A stretch of 60,000 nucleotides of DNA from Lytechinus pictus (lineage: Eukaryota): positions 32,924,001-32,984,000 of the forward strand of contig NC_087245.1 of assembly GCF_037042905.1 (NCBI RefSeq), given 5' to 3'. Below the pieces are notes generated by a model that ran no database searches, was not told the DNA's origin, and saw nothing but the letters and a program-made list of their open reading frames with translations. This document shows positions 13,909-28,702 of this stretch, piece after piece (the first letter of the stretch is position 1; every line of letters starts with the position of its first letter). Both the position numbers and the translations under genes were made by a program.

Positions 13909-16900
13909 AGCTGTACATACTGATACTATTTCTTCAATTATAGTGGTACAGTATACATCCAGTATTTGTTATTGCTACATCAATTATTGCTGTCATCATC
14001 ATCATATTATATACACTTTACCCATATCATAGAATTATTGTTGTCTTGATTTTGTTGTATGAGTTGCTAGTCTGTAATCTGTATTATATCATTGCAAAAA
14101 ATATTGTTTTGATTCCATTCGAACCTTCCGAAACCGGTTTGAAACTTAAACCATGAACATTCAGATTCAGAATCAGAAAATGACAAGAGTTTATAGTCAT
14201 GGTCATTTGAAAAAAAAGGTACTAATACATGTACAGGTATCTGTTTAAGTGCATTTCTATTGAGCTGCAAATGTGCTCTCTCAGCAATTCATACCCGATC
14301 AATCATTTATCAAATATCGTTTCTCCTTAACAAAGCAATGATTACAATAACGACAATTAGCCCAGCTTTTGGTTCCCTTTTCTCAGTGAACTTTACACTA
14401 GAAAGGGGATGTTCTATTGTTGAGTTGCTTGCAAAACTGTTCTCATTGTCGCTATCATCCAGTGCGCACATGCTTTTCGTACATTAAAGTGCATGTGCAT
14501 TTGAAGAAGAAAAAAGAAAAAAGAGACAAAAATGTGCTTGCACAGCATCTTGTCCACACGTACGCCACTGGTTTTGAACCGAAAAGAAGTTTTTTATAGT
14601 AAGGCTCGACCTACAATTTCATTATAACCTAAAAATAGTACTAGTACTTGGATTAGACGACCCATTATATAAAATAGATGTCAGAATGCTTGAACGCCTA
14701 TAGGTTTTGGGGGATGTATGTCACTAATAGATATCTATGCCCATCCAGTGATTTGGGACATTTACCCGACGTAGCAAAACCGATGGATAAAGATTAATAT
14801 AGTAAGATACAATAGAAAATATGGTTTTGTTGTTCTGAATGTTCGTTAAAATCAGAATATAAAGTAAGGGTTGCTATTTCGAAGGTTCATTTAAAAGTCA
14901 GAAAATGTAATAGATGTACTTTTTACGAACATGACTAATGAAGTATACAAACCTTACTTCACATGACTATCGAACCAGCAGAACGAGTATGAACATTTTT
15001 CTTTTTCGGAATATCGACCTTTCAGAGTTCAGACCGTTCATGGTTTTGGAACAGTGGGAACAACGAACATCTGGTAGAACCAGCTGTAACCATGGTAACC
15101 ATATTGCCAATGTTCTTCATTTGCGTCCTTATAACAGGACATACAGGAAGGGTAGCAAAATAACGCCCTTACAAACCCGTCCCATAACAAATACAAATGA
15201 AACAAACCATTTTATATTTAGCAAAATAGAGCATTAAGAAAATTCAAAATTCAAGTCCAACCAAAGTATGTATTCGTTTGAATAAAAAGAGAAAAGAAAA
15301 AGCGTAACACTTCAAAAAGTCTTCAGAATCGGACTTTAATTAGAAATAAAAAGAGAATGGGGGAGAAAAAGGGAGTAAAAGGAGTAGGGGTGTAATCTAT
15401 ATATAACATGTATAATATCCAGATGAAAATTAATCATCGCTTTGAGGTTGTAATGTCAGTATCACCTTTGTAAAGTTGTGTGCCCCCATCCCTCTACGGC
15501 GTGATGAGTAAAAAAAAAAGAGGGATGGGCAGAACATGACGTAAGTGGGAATTTTCTAAGCAGCCGCGAGCAAGCGAAAGGAGGGAGCAAAATGTCAGCT
15601 ATGAAAATCTAGTTTTGTACCAGATCTTAACATGATATCTGGAAATTATTTCATGTTTTAACTTTTCTCCTTACATTTCCTTTATTTATTTCTTAATTCT
15701 TCATTTCATTTCATTTTCTTTTCTTTTAGGGTGGGGGGACTCGGTCGTTGAACTTTTTTTTTTTTTGGGGGGGGGAGTGAGTGGTATCTGCACGCCAATG
15801 CCCCTGTCTTTCTGCTCCTTTTTTTCCTTAGTGACCATGATGTACAGGTCTCTCTTCCAGCCCCCCCCCCACCCCTATCTCTATTCTGCGTCAGTTATGG
15901 TAATGGTTTTTCTCTCTTCCTCTCCCACTCTAATCCCTACGACCCCCCCCCCCTTCCCCCCTCTCCTCCATCCCTTCCCATCCATCAATATGAATCAGAA
16001 TTTCCATTAATATCCACGATGAGGTGATGATGGCTGTTACGTAACACCCAATGAGATCACGTGACTTGCCGGGACTGACTACTAAAAAAGAAGATGGCAT
16101 GCAAAACTCATCTGTCTTCCCGGGCGCATCTATACACCCGAACTCAAATGGCGTCTTACTTAAGAGTTCTAAATGTGTACCCTGCGGGTACTATTTTTGG
16201 TTTGATAGATCCGAAACAGAGCCAGATAGCCGTCATAATTTGATTGGACTGGGAAGTAATATTTCATGAGGCGAATTACTCAACATCGTCATCGCAATCT
16301 CTGAAATGATATTTTGACATGAGCCGTGGCAGGGTTTCAATTTTTGAATAGCACACTCATCTCTATTATACAGGAAAAATAAAGCTTTTCTGTGTGTGTA
16401 AATTGTTGTCTCATTTAAAAAAAACATGGAATTTGGTGTCTTTGTATGTTTTCCTCGACATCCTTTGAACGTCGCATGTACGTTTGTGTCATAATACAAG
16501 AACACAAACCAAGACTACTACGTCAATGTATTTCTGACTACCTGTGTTGAGAATCTCATACCCCTTCAGAGAAGAATGGGTGCACCTTACTCTTAGCTAC
16601 TAATTTTCCGAAATATGGGTGGAAGCGTGATTGATTTTGAAGGCACTCAAACAAACCTACCATCGACGCTGAGAGTTTATAGGAATATTTTTATCCCAAG
16701 AAGATAAAAACAATACTTCATCACACCCTGTAAACACAACCAAAGATTGACGAGTATTGTCACTTCGAGACTCATAAGGGAAAGGTTATGGTTAAAAAGA
16801 CGTCATGTTTTAATTAGTTAAGTCATTCCCCCTGAACCAGCCGGGCACATGACGTTTATGCCATCATTACTATTTTCATAACCCATTATGACGTCACATT

Positions 16901-19261
16901 AACTTATATTATTCCATTGTGGGAATTCGTAACAAGAGCAAATTACCATATATGACATGTGTTTTTAACCAGCGCAGCATGCAGCACTAACGACAAACTG
17001 GATTCGTCCGTCGTTTTCGTTGTTGACTTATCAAGTAAACAAATAAATAAATAAATATAAACATATAATTTATGAATAAGGTAATACATAACAATCAACT
17101 TCAGGAATCCATCTATACATCCAGATTTGGGGACTTTTTTCTCTACGAAACACTTTACAGTAGATTGTCCACAGTTGATGTTTATAACAGTGACGACAGT
17201 TTCGGGAATCCGGCCTTTAAAATTGGGGGCATTTTTCCCAAAAGGATTTGTGACATCACGATGCCGCTGTTCTGTTTTAAAGAATAGGCATATTCAGGTC
17301 ACGATTGCTGTAAGACTGTCCGTCAATCCTGACAAAAATAATGATGACAATGATGACATCACCAAACTCCTGATTTTTGTTCCAAAGTTATTATGTCATT
17401 ATGAACGTTTAGAGATAGGGCATGTATATGTAACACGTTTAGTGTGAAACTATATAAAGTTATTCAAATTTTGTACAAAGATTAATTTTGTTTACAAAAA
17501 ATATGTACATAAGTTGTGTAAATACATATGTACAAATGTTAAAATCATGCAAAAGCTGTAGAGAAGTTAAGAACCAAGGTTGGTTCCTCAGTATGATTAT
17601 GCCGGATGATTAAAAAGCGTTAAAAGAGACGTCTGATAAAATATAACGATTAACGCAATATAGGCAATGATAATCAATAATTATCATCATTTTGATATAG
17701 CAATCAATCAAATTTAGATTACAAATATTCTCAGTGTCTATCGTTGTATATAAAAAAGCTAATTATGTCCATAAGTGTTTTCATCATAACTCCTCAGATA
17801 AGCTGACCAATGATGAATATGACGGCTGGAGAGAGAGAGAGGGAGAGGGGGATAGAGAGGGTCTGTCCCGTGATAAGTGATCACCCATAGGTGTGACTAG
17901 ATTAAAATAATCGAAGGTTAATGACGTCACTACTTGACCTTGAAACGCATGGTGGATTTTGGTGCACTTGAACAGTATGAGACTTGGGGGCCCATTGCAA
18001 CTAAAAAAAAAAAAAAAAAAAAAAAAAACGCAACTTGATTCTAAACTAATCGCAAGCCCCCATTCGGGAATATTTTTTTCATCGGAGCGTTTTATGCAAA
18101 AGTCCTATTTTCGCTCGCGCGCACACAGCAAATGCATTGAAAATGTACGTTAAATCACAATAAAAACCTATATAGGAGGTCTTTGTCGAAAAATTAGTGA
18201 ACCGGAACAGCTGATCGTCCTGTGATTCGGAGCTGACGAATAGTATCCAGAGTCACAGACGACACTGGTGTTTTTTACTCACCATGCTCAGCGATTTTCG
18301 ACAAAGACTGCTTTGGCATGAAGAGCTTTTGAGAGTAGATTCCCTACGTTCCAGAATTCGTCTGCTTAGTGGTTGCGAAAAATCCCTATGGAGAGATGGA
18401 TTGTCAACGACTTTCTACCAACCAAGGACATTTTCTCATCCATTAAAGTCATATAAAAAGTGGAGAACGATTAAAACATCTTTCGATAAATCATCTTCAA
18501 ACAGTTAGTTCTGAATGTTTGTCAATAATTAAGAGAATTTTTTAAGTAAGTGAACATTGGTGTGACGTATTACGCAATCAGAACATATTTCGTAAAAAAG
18601 TTAGAAAATATAATATGAGCTTTCCCATGAGCCGACACGGTATGCATATAGCAAAAGGTTATATGTGGCCGCAAAAGATCACGATAAACCTCGAGTAGCA
18701 CACCATAATTCAATTAATGCAAATCTCATTTGTAGTGTTTATTGAGCGGAAATGATAAAGGAAAATGTGTAATAAACTATTGTTCACTTGAGTCACTTTT
18801 ATGTCCTTTTCTTTTAAAAGGGTGACAATTCCGTGACGCTAAGCCATTAATGTTAGCGACTGCTAACTGTATTGAATTAAAACGTCGCTAATTGTTTTCA
18901 CCGGCCTGGTAGCCCACACATTGAACGAGTAACGAACGTTCGAACCATTTATAACATGGCGTAAATATTTCCAAAGCTAAGTGAAAGACAAGACCCCAAT
19001 TAACAACAATAACCACAACTTTGAAATAATTGTTAATGGAAAGTTTGAGGTATTTTGTTTCATACACGTGATAAAGAGATGTCATAAACATCTCGTTGGT
19101 AATGATTTGGATTAGGAATGCAAACCCGTGTAAAGGTCTATTGTATTTAAACCAATTACGTTACCTCAATTCCATTTTCGTTCTTTCTTTCTTGTTTTCA
19201 ATCAGTTTGTGTGTTTGTGTTTTAGTATCTTTTCATTTTGAAAAGGAAAATGTGTAAATAT

Positions 19262-19737
19262 AGTTACCTACCAACGTCTTCCTACCGATTACACCAAGAA
19301 CATGAAGAAGTCCGCTTTTGTTTGGTGGCTTCAATGTTTCATTTCGTAGTTTTTAGCCCAAATGTACTAAACCCATCTGGTCTACTATTAATTTGGTGTA
19401 ATAGACGTTTGGTCTTCACTACTTGATCTAATTGTTATTTAGTCTAATTTTGTCTAATACACATGGTCTAATGTCCTATTCGTTTAATTATATTTCGCAT
19501 TTAGCCTAATCAAAATTTGATTCACGAACAGTTCAGCAAATCACAAAGACGAAATGGTGATAGACCAAGTGTACATTGGACGAAATGGGTATAGCCTGAC
19601 TGGAAATTACACAAAATTATGAATGGGCTCATTGGCAATTAGACCAAATCGTTGACAGGCGAACTAAGATTAAATCTTGCGGGGTGAGACCAAATGGAAA
19701 GTAGACCAAGTGGATGTGGACCAAGTGGCAAGTAACC
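19262..19737. mobile_element. Foldback-type non-autonomous DNA element with subterminal short repeats
   Basis: Termini agttacctacca / tggcaagtaacc; left half repeats (t)tggtcta, right half repeats tagaccaa. Confidence 0.6.
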
Positions 19738-20419
19738 CTGACCGTGGCCTCCAAGACGGATGTGTGTTAGCGAGAATAGTTAAGACGATTTAAGAGCTTG
19801 AAAGTTTTTTTTTACGTCCACCCACTCCCTCAAAGGTAAAGGGCAAGTTCTCTAAAACCACTCCCTACTAAAAAACCCAAAAAGAAACCATATCATCTAA
19901 AATTTCGCCAAATTAATCAGGCCTATATACAAAAAAGAAAGCCTAAAGAAGAAAGCATAGATAAAAGTTTTTTTTGAAATGGCATAATTTCAATATTTAT
20001 TTTGATTATCGTTTAAGGCATCAAGTATATCTATTGGCAGGAGCTGTTATGATTTAGTTCACATCTTAGTCATTCTCCACATTAATGGTATTTGGAAGTC
20101 TTCCAAAATAAATTTACTTACTTTTTTTTACGCACGATTACGGTTTATTCTCAACACTGCCCTCAGTTTTCAATATTGAGTAAGGGCCTATTATTATATT
20201 GACTGTAACTTGTTACATAATGTAATGTGGTATCTGTTGAAAACAATGTAGAATTAAAATTGTAAAACCATGTGGTTGAAATTACTCTGCTTCACCAGAC
20301 CGCCAGATTAGTGTGAGTCCCAAATGCTTCACGATCCCAAAAGTTAATAATTCCATAATATCCACTGAAGTCTAAACCCTCATTTTTTTTAAATCACAAT
20401 TGATTATATTGCTTTATAT

Positions 20420-20586
20420 TCAGGGCCGTAGTCTTTCTTGAGGGGCGTCCTTTTTTCAAGCCTTTGTGCTTATAACTGCCCCCTCTCATGCAATGATTGT
20501 TTATTGTTATTTTACCGTGAAATATTGTCAATATATTTTATGTTGCATGATCAATTTTTGCATGGAAATAAAGAATCAATCAATCA
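20420..20586 (+). mobile_element. Probable L2/CR1 LINE 3' tail remnant
   Basis: Ends in aaataaagaatcaatcaatca; upstream agggg..ttttcaagcc..cccct segment. Confidence 0.4.
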
Positions 20587-21001
20587 CAAGGTATATTTCA
20601 TACCAGTCACTAGTGTCTACAGATGACGTGAAGTTTGAGCGAGCAAATTGAAATAAGGAAGTTTTCAACTTCTGAAATTGATTTTTCGCTCAGCAGCGTA
20701 TACGGAGGATTCAAGAACATAGAAAATGTATTGTCAAATACCCTTCTTGACGAAGAACAACCAAGATGTCTTTGTCGAAAATTGATTAATCATAAAATAC
20801 AGTAGTTTCAATCCGGATTCTGGACAAACGAAATATTTACATTTTTTCGTCAGCTCCGAAACCTAGAACGAAACTGCTGTCCCGGTTAACCAATTTGCGA
20901 CCTCCCATCTGTTCTTTGTCATTTTCACTGACATTTTCAATATATTTACTGCGTTCTGAAATCATCCGTACGCCGCTGTGCAAAAAAAATCCCTTACATC
21001 G

Positions 21002-21393
21002 CAGTCACACCAACGAAACCGACTCCAGACCGATCAAAACTCTTACGTTATTACCAATGACACAATATCGATCGATTTGGACTCGGTGTCTTAAGTGCGA
21101 CTGTATGTATCACGCATGAAAAAAATGGCGACTAAACATGCTATTATTGAGTTGTGCTGACGATGAAATCGTGAAGAGAAAAAAAATTCCGACAAAAGGA
21201 ACGGTGTTCCGCGGCACCTTGTTGTACGTCATATAATCATAAGAAAGGACAAGGTTGTCCCCAGTTTCATCGAAATTCATAAATCCCGAACCCTTAAACA
21301 TCGGGGTAACCGACTTACAGATCGACCGAATATATTACGTTATTACCAATGACGTATCAACGGTCGGTTTGGAGTCGGTTTCGTTTGTGTGAC
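21002..21393. mobile_element. Two ~100-bp palindromic mini-elements (GTCACA...TGTGAC family)
   Basis: Both contain the core ttacgttattaccaatgac; outer ends agtcacaccaacgaaaccgactccagaccg / cggtttggagtcggtttcgtttgtgtgact are inverted; related copies at about 25410-25510 and 31725-31825. Confidence 0.65.
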
Positions 21394-21794
21394 TTGTAGT
21401 TTTAACTTTTAAAATGGACGGGACTATGGACTCGAAACTGTCAAAGTCAGAGTGCAGTTTCAAATTCAACTTCAACCCGAACGTGTACATAATCCGTTTT
21501 ACGAAGTATCTCGATAAGGAAATAAATACCCCAATTGTTTAATGTCCCATTTGGTCAGAAATAAAAGCATACTTTTCGAGGGCCATAATAATTTGTGATT
21601 GTATTTGCCTAACCGGTCAGGAATGGCATAAAATGAGGTGGTATCGGAAAAGGGTGTTGGAATTGAGAAAATGTAAACTTTGATATAAGTCAGCCAAGTC
21701 AACTTTTGACAGACTAATCCTACAAGAAAGAACACAGTGTCCCCCACAGTGTGTTCACAGTGTGGAAAAGCAATGTGAAATCACATTCAGACTG

Positions 21795-22396
21795 TTAAAG
21801 GACAAGTCCACCCCAACAAAAAGTTGACTTGAATAAAAAGAGAAAAATCCAACAAGCATAACACTGAAAATTTCATCACAATCGGATGTAAAATAAGAAA
21901 GTTATGACATTTTAAAGTTTTGCTTAATTTCACAAAATAGTTATATGCACATCATGGTGGATATGCAAATGAGGAGACTGATGACGTCATCCACTCACTA
22001 TTTCTTTTGTATTTTATCATATGAAATAGGGAATATTCTATTTCTCTCCTCATTGTCAAGTGAAACAACGATTTATTCCTCCCTGAACATGTGGAATGAG
22101 TATTGTTTAATAATATATGATTCAGTCAAGTTGGTCCTTATTGTCAAATCTATAAAAAATGAAATATTGTATAATTCAAACAATAAAAAACAAAAGAAAT
22201 AGTGAGTGGGGGACATCATCGACTGTCTCATTTGAGTTGTGCATATCACTATTTTGTGAAAAATAAGCAAAACTTTACAGTGTCATAACTTTCTTATTTT
22301 ACATCCGATTTTGATGAAATCTTCAGCGTTTTGCTGGTTTGATATTTCTCTATTTATTCAAATCAACATTTTTTCTGGAGTGGACTTGACCTTTAA
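21795..22396. mobile_element. Kolobok/T2-type MITE, family A copy 2 (full length)
   Basis: TTAA-aggacaagtccacc ... gtggacttgacct-TTAA, long inverted arms. Confidence 0.9.
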
Positions 22397-25300
22397 ATTT
22401 GAGCATTTCAACAGTGTGAATTATTATTCACATAGTCGACCGTGTGAAAACGCTGTGAACAGTCACACTGTTGAGGAGCCTACCGTGTAAAAATATTTTC
22501 ACACTAATGAATTTAAGCATTTTAACAGTGTGAATAATATGTTCACATATTCCAAATGTGAATTTAAACAAATATCTTTTGAATATCATGAATCATTTTT
22601 TTATGTTCCCTCCTTCTCGTATTTTCCATTGCTAGCCCCCTTTATTAATTCTTAATATATAATAGGGATGGTCGCCCCTTTATACCCGTATCCTTCAAAG
22701 GCATTAAATATTTAGTAAAATGGTTTATGAATATTAATCTTCATTTCCGGTTCAATTCAAAACTACATTATTTGGATTCGAATTTTATACTACAAGCTAA
22801 AGTAACTGTTTATGTTTATGATATTACATGGGTTTTTTTTTCAATTGCTGATCATTGATTTCATTTTCTTTCATTGTACATATACCATCCTTATTTTGAC
22901 TCACATAATTATTGTTGAAAATAAAAATGAATATGAAAATAGATATATCGTGAAGCCTTTTTACATGTACATGTATCTATAAGACATAAACAAATCCGAA
23001 ATGCGGAATATAATAGAGATATGGAATTTATGAAATCATAATCGAAAACGGCAAGAGTTAAGAGGGGAGAGTATAAAGCAGAAATCATCCCTCGGGGTGC
23101 GTGCTGATAATGATAATAATTATTGAGTGATAATCATCGAGACATATTTATTATGGTTGAAGTTTAGGTCATGTGTGCATTGGTTTCGAAATTGATTGAG
23201 TTCGATGGGGGCAAAAGATATGAAAATCAATATTTGTATTTCGTTCTTTACGTTATGCAAAGTCAGCAGAGATTATAGTCCGATCCCAGCGTTGCGTGAG
23301 GTTTATTGTAAAAATGTGAAATAAAATTGATACAATTTGCTTGAATTTTATAGTTTTCTTTAAAAATGGTGTATATGTTGTCTGTTTATCAGCCCATCTC
23401 TCCTTCTCTGCCCCCTTCTCTCTCTCTCTCCCCCCCTCTCTCTCCCTCCCTCTCTACGTGTGTCTCTTTCTCAATCTTGTATTCCTTCTTTCTTTCTCCC
23501 TTCTCTTTTCTCCTTACCTTACCCATTCCCATACTCTCTTCCTTCCTCTCTCTCCCCCTCTCTCTCTCTCAAGATTAAATGTTTAAGACTCAAGATTCTC
23601 TCTCATCCCCTCTTTCTATCCCACTCTTTTTTTCTTTCTTATACTTTATAAAGAAGAATATCTTCATATCCATCCCACAATAACCTTTTGCCCTCCTCTC
23701 ACCATAGTAGCGTAAAAGATTTTGAGGGGACCCATTCATAGCGCATGGGACAAAATCACAAGTAAAATGCGAGTGAACGAAGCGAGCGAGCAAAAATTGT
23801 TACTTTTTATACAAAATCTAATTTTGTGATGGATTTTGATCATATTTAGAAAATAAAATCATATTTTACAATTTTTTTCCTTTCCCTTTATTTCCTTTTC
23901 TCCCATTTTTTTTTCGTCATGATTTTTTTTTTTGGGGGGGCGGGGCATGGCCCCAAGCCCCCATCTGCACGCCAGTGCCCCTCACCCTTCCCCTCTCTCT
24001 CCCTTCGTTCTTTACTCTCACGCATTCATCCACTCCATCTGCCATTCCATCTGCCAATCTTCTTACTAGTTCCTTCTTCCCTTTCACTTTTCATTCTACA
24101 TCCAATCCTCTCATCTCCTCCTCCCCCCTCTCTCTCACACACACACACACACACTCACTCTCTCTTTGGAAATATTGCTTCCTCAGTTTTAATCACTGCT
24201 ATCTCAGAAGACAAAGTATTATTGAGTGACTCTGCAAAGAATAATATATCAATTACCTTTATCTCTGCTTGTATCGGTGTCTCGTGGGAGAATAGACTCA
24301 AAGGAGGAAAGTACTTTTGATTGGTGGGTTTGTGAAAGTCACGTGGTTCCGTCAGCGCGCATCCCAAAAGGTTTGCGTCATTCTCAAAACGAGAACAAAA
24401 ACCGCTCCTTCATTTTATATGTGCTCAATATCTCCTGTTCTTACACATTTCTATTTTTCCGTTTTTAATGTGTTCCTATGTATCAAACGTCTTTTCAAAA
24501 ACGTTGTTTTTCTGCCAATCTCTTCCCCTTTTGTATTCTCCCTAATGATCCCTTTCTGTATTTCCGTCTGTATGGTTGTCCCTCGCTCTCACCAGCTACC
24601 CTTTCTTTTCGTCACATTTTCCTTCATTTTCCCTGAAACGAGGCAGCAATAGTTTGTCCAATTTTCACTTATCAATCAATACCCATTTTTTGAAATAACA
24701 TTTGGTTTGCCACCCTTATTCTGCAGTTCCCATTTTCATGAAGCCCCAATGATCATGATCATTATGTGAAAGTTTACTTGGGAGTTTTAAGGAAGGTAAA
24801 TTTGTTTTCTTCTTTTATATCAAAATGGGAGTATTTTTATTCCATGGATGCAATTCATTACTCTGTATTAAACTAGTTTTAAAACATGTGAAAATTAATC
24901 ATTCACCGCAGTCCTGTCGTGAAACTCAATTCTGTTGTTTTCTTTCCTATTTATATGAATTAACTTTTTACAATCAACTCTTCTTGTTTTACTTGTTACC
25001 TTGCTAATTAATGTTTGACAGTGGCCCCTCTACCTTGTGACTCGACTCTCCGTGAATCATGCGCTTTAACTTGGCATTTCGCTGAACTCTTATTTGCTTG
25101 TATGAAATACTATCGTCTGAAGGTCTTCTGAGAACTCGCGGATCGAATTCTCTCGGTTATTTCCATCTAAACAAGCTCAAATTCAGCGCCGTCACGGGGG
25201 TTTAGCGATTGCATTCCCGGGCCAGGAATAATACTAATATGGACAATACTCATTTCTTAGGGAATTAAACAAGTTTTCCCCGTCATTTCTGGTTCTTCGG

Positions 25301-27515
25301 TTTCATATCCGCTACAGCAGCCGAGACGTTAATACAAGTAGTAGACGACAGGGGCTTAAGTGTGACTCGTTATACTACTATGCTTTTTGCTCCGTCTCAC
25401 TATTCCCTTGTCACACTAACAAGATCAACTCCGAACCGACCGATGATATTGCCATTCGAAATAACGTAACAGATTTGATCGATCTGAAGTAGATTTGTTC
25501 AATGTGACTGATGCTTCCCTATACAATGCATAAAGAGCTTGATATGTTAGTGGGTCGACTGACTGTTGGCGGGAAAACCACCAATATCTAAATATTCATT
25601 TCATGTTTTAATATTTCTCTTATATTCCATCTGGATAACCGTAACTTTCTTCTCATCTCCCAAATGGATCTAAGCTCATCTTTTGTCTTTATCTTATTGG
25701 TTACGGAGCAATTAAACAAGGTATTACTATATATCTGCCAGAAGGATAATAATTTGTGTGGGTGTGTGATCGGTGGTAGGTGTGTAAAGGAAACTTTGTA
25801 GAAAAGGAAAACAACACTATCACAACTCCTTTCCCAGATACATGAAATTATTATTTTTTAATTGTACAGAGAAGCGGGGCCGATAGCAGGATAGGGGCAC
25901 GACTCCCAAATGATGACGTCATTTTTTCTCAATTGAAAAAAAATAGGGCTGCTGATTTTGTCTCTTTTTTATTAGAGAGTTCCTGTTTGATACTCTCCTA
26001 TCACTTTTTTCCAATGCCCTCCCTACTTAGCTCTCCCTTTTTACCCCCTTCGTTCCTTTCTTACTACCTGAAAAAATATAGGGGCGCTCGTCACCTAAAT
26101 TTCCCACCTCTGTGACGCCGCCATTAGAACTATTCACAAACAAAAAACGACTTAATTAATAATTGGATGGAACTAGTCCGAGTATCGCTCAGAAATAACA
26201 AAAAGGACCTTTATATTTCAATTTCGTATTCCTTATTATAGTATTCCGAATTCTAAGTATGTACGTACATTTGCCCTAAAGATTGCCATTCTCGGTTGAA
26301 AATGCAACTTTACTTAAAAACCAGCTCTCAGATTTTATCCTGAATAGTTCCGAATATCTGAGATTTTTTTTGTGGCCATCTTGATGTTCCCCGCAATTTT
26401 CCTCCCTACATCTCCAGAGGGCTAGTGAAGCTATTTTCGTCAGCGGTCTATTTTGAGAAGTGAATGCGTTCGGGAATAGTATATCCGAACTCTCGAAACT
26501 CGACTTTTTTTTTTATAGACTTCTAATCATATTTTTAGCCGTGTTACAGCATGATTTCATCAATTATGCAAAGCTACCAAAACTAATTTGACAAAATAGA
26601 TTATATCTCCGAGAAAGTGCAAGTTTTTACTTGAATCAATTCGCTCCTCCATTTCAACTCTTAAATATTTTTTCTTCTAGATATAAAAGAATCGTTTGCA
26701 TGGAAAATAACCGCCTTGTATAATTCGCTAATACGACATGTCAACTAATATTTATCGACTAACTTATAAAAACTTAATGCAGAGAGGAAAATAGAGATTG
26801 CTTTGTGTTGTAGCCGAAAATTATCCTCATTTTGTATCAGACTGAGGACTATGTACCCCCCCCCATACCCCTTTCATTATTTAAACCTCGTACGATGATA
26901 CCGAGTCACGGTCTTCGGGGCGGGGGCAGTGGCACTATGGGAGGGAAAGATGACCTACACCCCCCCCCCCCCGATTTTTCTTTCATAAAGCTTATTCCGA
27001 TCTTATCACTTGTTCAATTGTCTACTAGCCATTGTGTTTATTTCAGTACGAGTTTCTTATTCGTGGTCAGTCAGTGAGTTTGTATAGAACTGAAGTGAAA
27101 TCCTGGAAACGGGTCGTGAAAAGAAATTGGGCAAAACCATCCCGTCAAGTTGGACAGTGAGAAAGCAACTTTGGATGCATGAAAGTGACTCATACCACGT
27201 GACCTGCTATTGGCTTTGTCACTTCACCGATATTTTTTAGTCAATTTCCCGTTTTACATGTGACCTTTACTTGACATTATAAATGTGCCCAGGAAATTAA
27301 AGAAGTAGATGAAGAAAAAAATCCACAGAGGTTTTATCGTCTGTTTTAAGAATCTTTATTTAAACCTTTCTCGATGTCGCTATGTATGCAGTATGCGTTA
27401 CTGATTTAGTATTGTGAATCTATTAGCAGAAGGTGATCTTTTCGCGGTGGTGGGTTTATTTGCACCCCTCCCCTCATTATTCCTTCCTCATTATAGGCTA
27501 CTCTGCTCATATTTC

Positions 27516-27803
27516 TAATAATAATAATAATTGTACATTTATATTACGCAATATCAATTTATACTCAACTGAGCATTACATTAATGCTATTATTATTATT
27601 ACCCCGGCTATATCCGTGCTGCCTACAGGCGCTCTGGCATTCGAGGAATTTCTTTCTACCGGGTACCCATTCATCTCACCTGGGTTGAGTGTAGCACAAT
27701 GGGTAAATTTCTTGCAGAAGGAAAACATGCCATGGTTGGGAATCGAACCCACGTCCCTCAGATTGAAAGAGGAGAGTCTTAACCACTAGACCACGACGCC
27801 CCC
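27516..27803 (-). mobile_element. tRNA-derived SINE (TTC/Glu-like head)
   Basis: Minus strand ggggcgtcgtggtctagtggttaag...gggttcgattccc, shared core, (att)n tail. Confidence 0.85.
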
Positions 27804-28304
27804 AATATGTGTACTTCCAACTTCGGAGCCCTGTTTGTTGTTATAAAAACAGATGCACAGTTTCTATTACATGTTTACTACCAGCTAATCAAATCTTAGC
27901 TTTGAAATGTTATTGCAAATTTATTATCACAAGTTCTATGAAACGGGCTCCTCGTCATACTAACGCTTAAATACTCTCCCACTAATTACTGATATATTCC
28001 ACTGATATTGTATTTGCATGTGTCTTGCGAGTTCAAACTTTGAAATCAAAGACGGATGCTAACCTTGACCTTGAGGCTTTATAATGTTTTTTTCTTTGTG
28101 CACCTTTTCGTTCACAGGCATTTCCTGTTCACCTGTTTCTCTCCACCCAGGTGTGGGCGACCTGACAGGAAGTAGTATCTTGCAATTATTCATTGCTCAC
28201 TTGGACATGTTGGACAAGCCAGCTGTGAGCTAAATGAAGGACAGATATGTTATTTTCACGGATATAGCGTGCGGCTACAGTCACGCCAGCGCAATCGACT
28301 CCAG

Positions 28305-28555
28305 GGGCCCGTCTTACAAAGAGCTGCAACTATGGAAAGTCAGCAAAGTCAAAATATAAAATGCATGTTTGTTCAAAAACTTTTCTAGATATAAATGTAT
28401 ATCCATGAATTCATTGATTTCTGACAATTTGGTTTGTTCTCTTGTGTTTACAAAGGACATTTTGCAAATTTTCTGTAGAAAAAACTATGACACGGATGGA
28501 TTTTCATAGAGTTACGATTGATTGGATCAGTCGTAACTCTTTGTAAGACGGGGCC
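28305..28555. mobile_element. PIF/Harbinger-type MITE
   Basis: TIRs gggcccgtcttacaaagag / ctctttgtaagacggggcc, flanked by CAG on both sides. Confidence 0.8.
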
Positions 28556-28558
28556 CAG

Positions 28559-28702
28559 GGGAGCGTTTCATCGATGATCAACATTTTCGTCCTACAAGTT
28601 GTCAGGTCTGACAACTTTCCTTGATTATGATTGGCTGAAAGGCACTGTTACAATGGTAAATGTCGGATGAACGTCTGACAAGTTGTTTCATGAAACGCTC
28701 TC
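28559..28702. mobile_element. Second PIF/Harbinger-type MITE abutting the first
   Basis: TIRs gggagcgtttcat / atgaaacgctctc, flanked by CAG on both sides. Confidence 0.8.

Noticed and set aside
13449..14032. Poly-Asp/His/Met ORFs
   Set aside because: Translations of a (GAT)n microsatellite, open in several frames, with no splice context.
14310..14471. Short minus-strand frame with a hydrophobic end (GLIVVIVIIALL)
   Set aside because: Under 60 aa with no family motif or convincing splice sites; cannot be distinguished from chance.
18284..18508. 74-aa ORF with good Kozak context (accATG)
   Set aside because: No recognisable homology, overlaps repeat-derived sequence, and has no linked exons.
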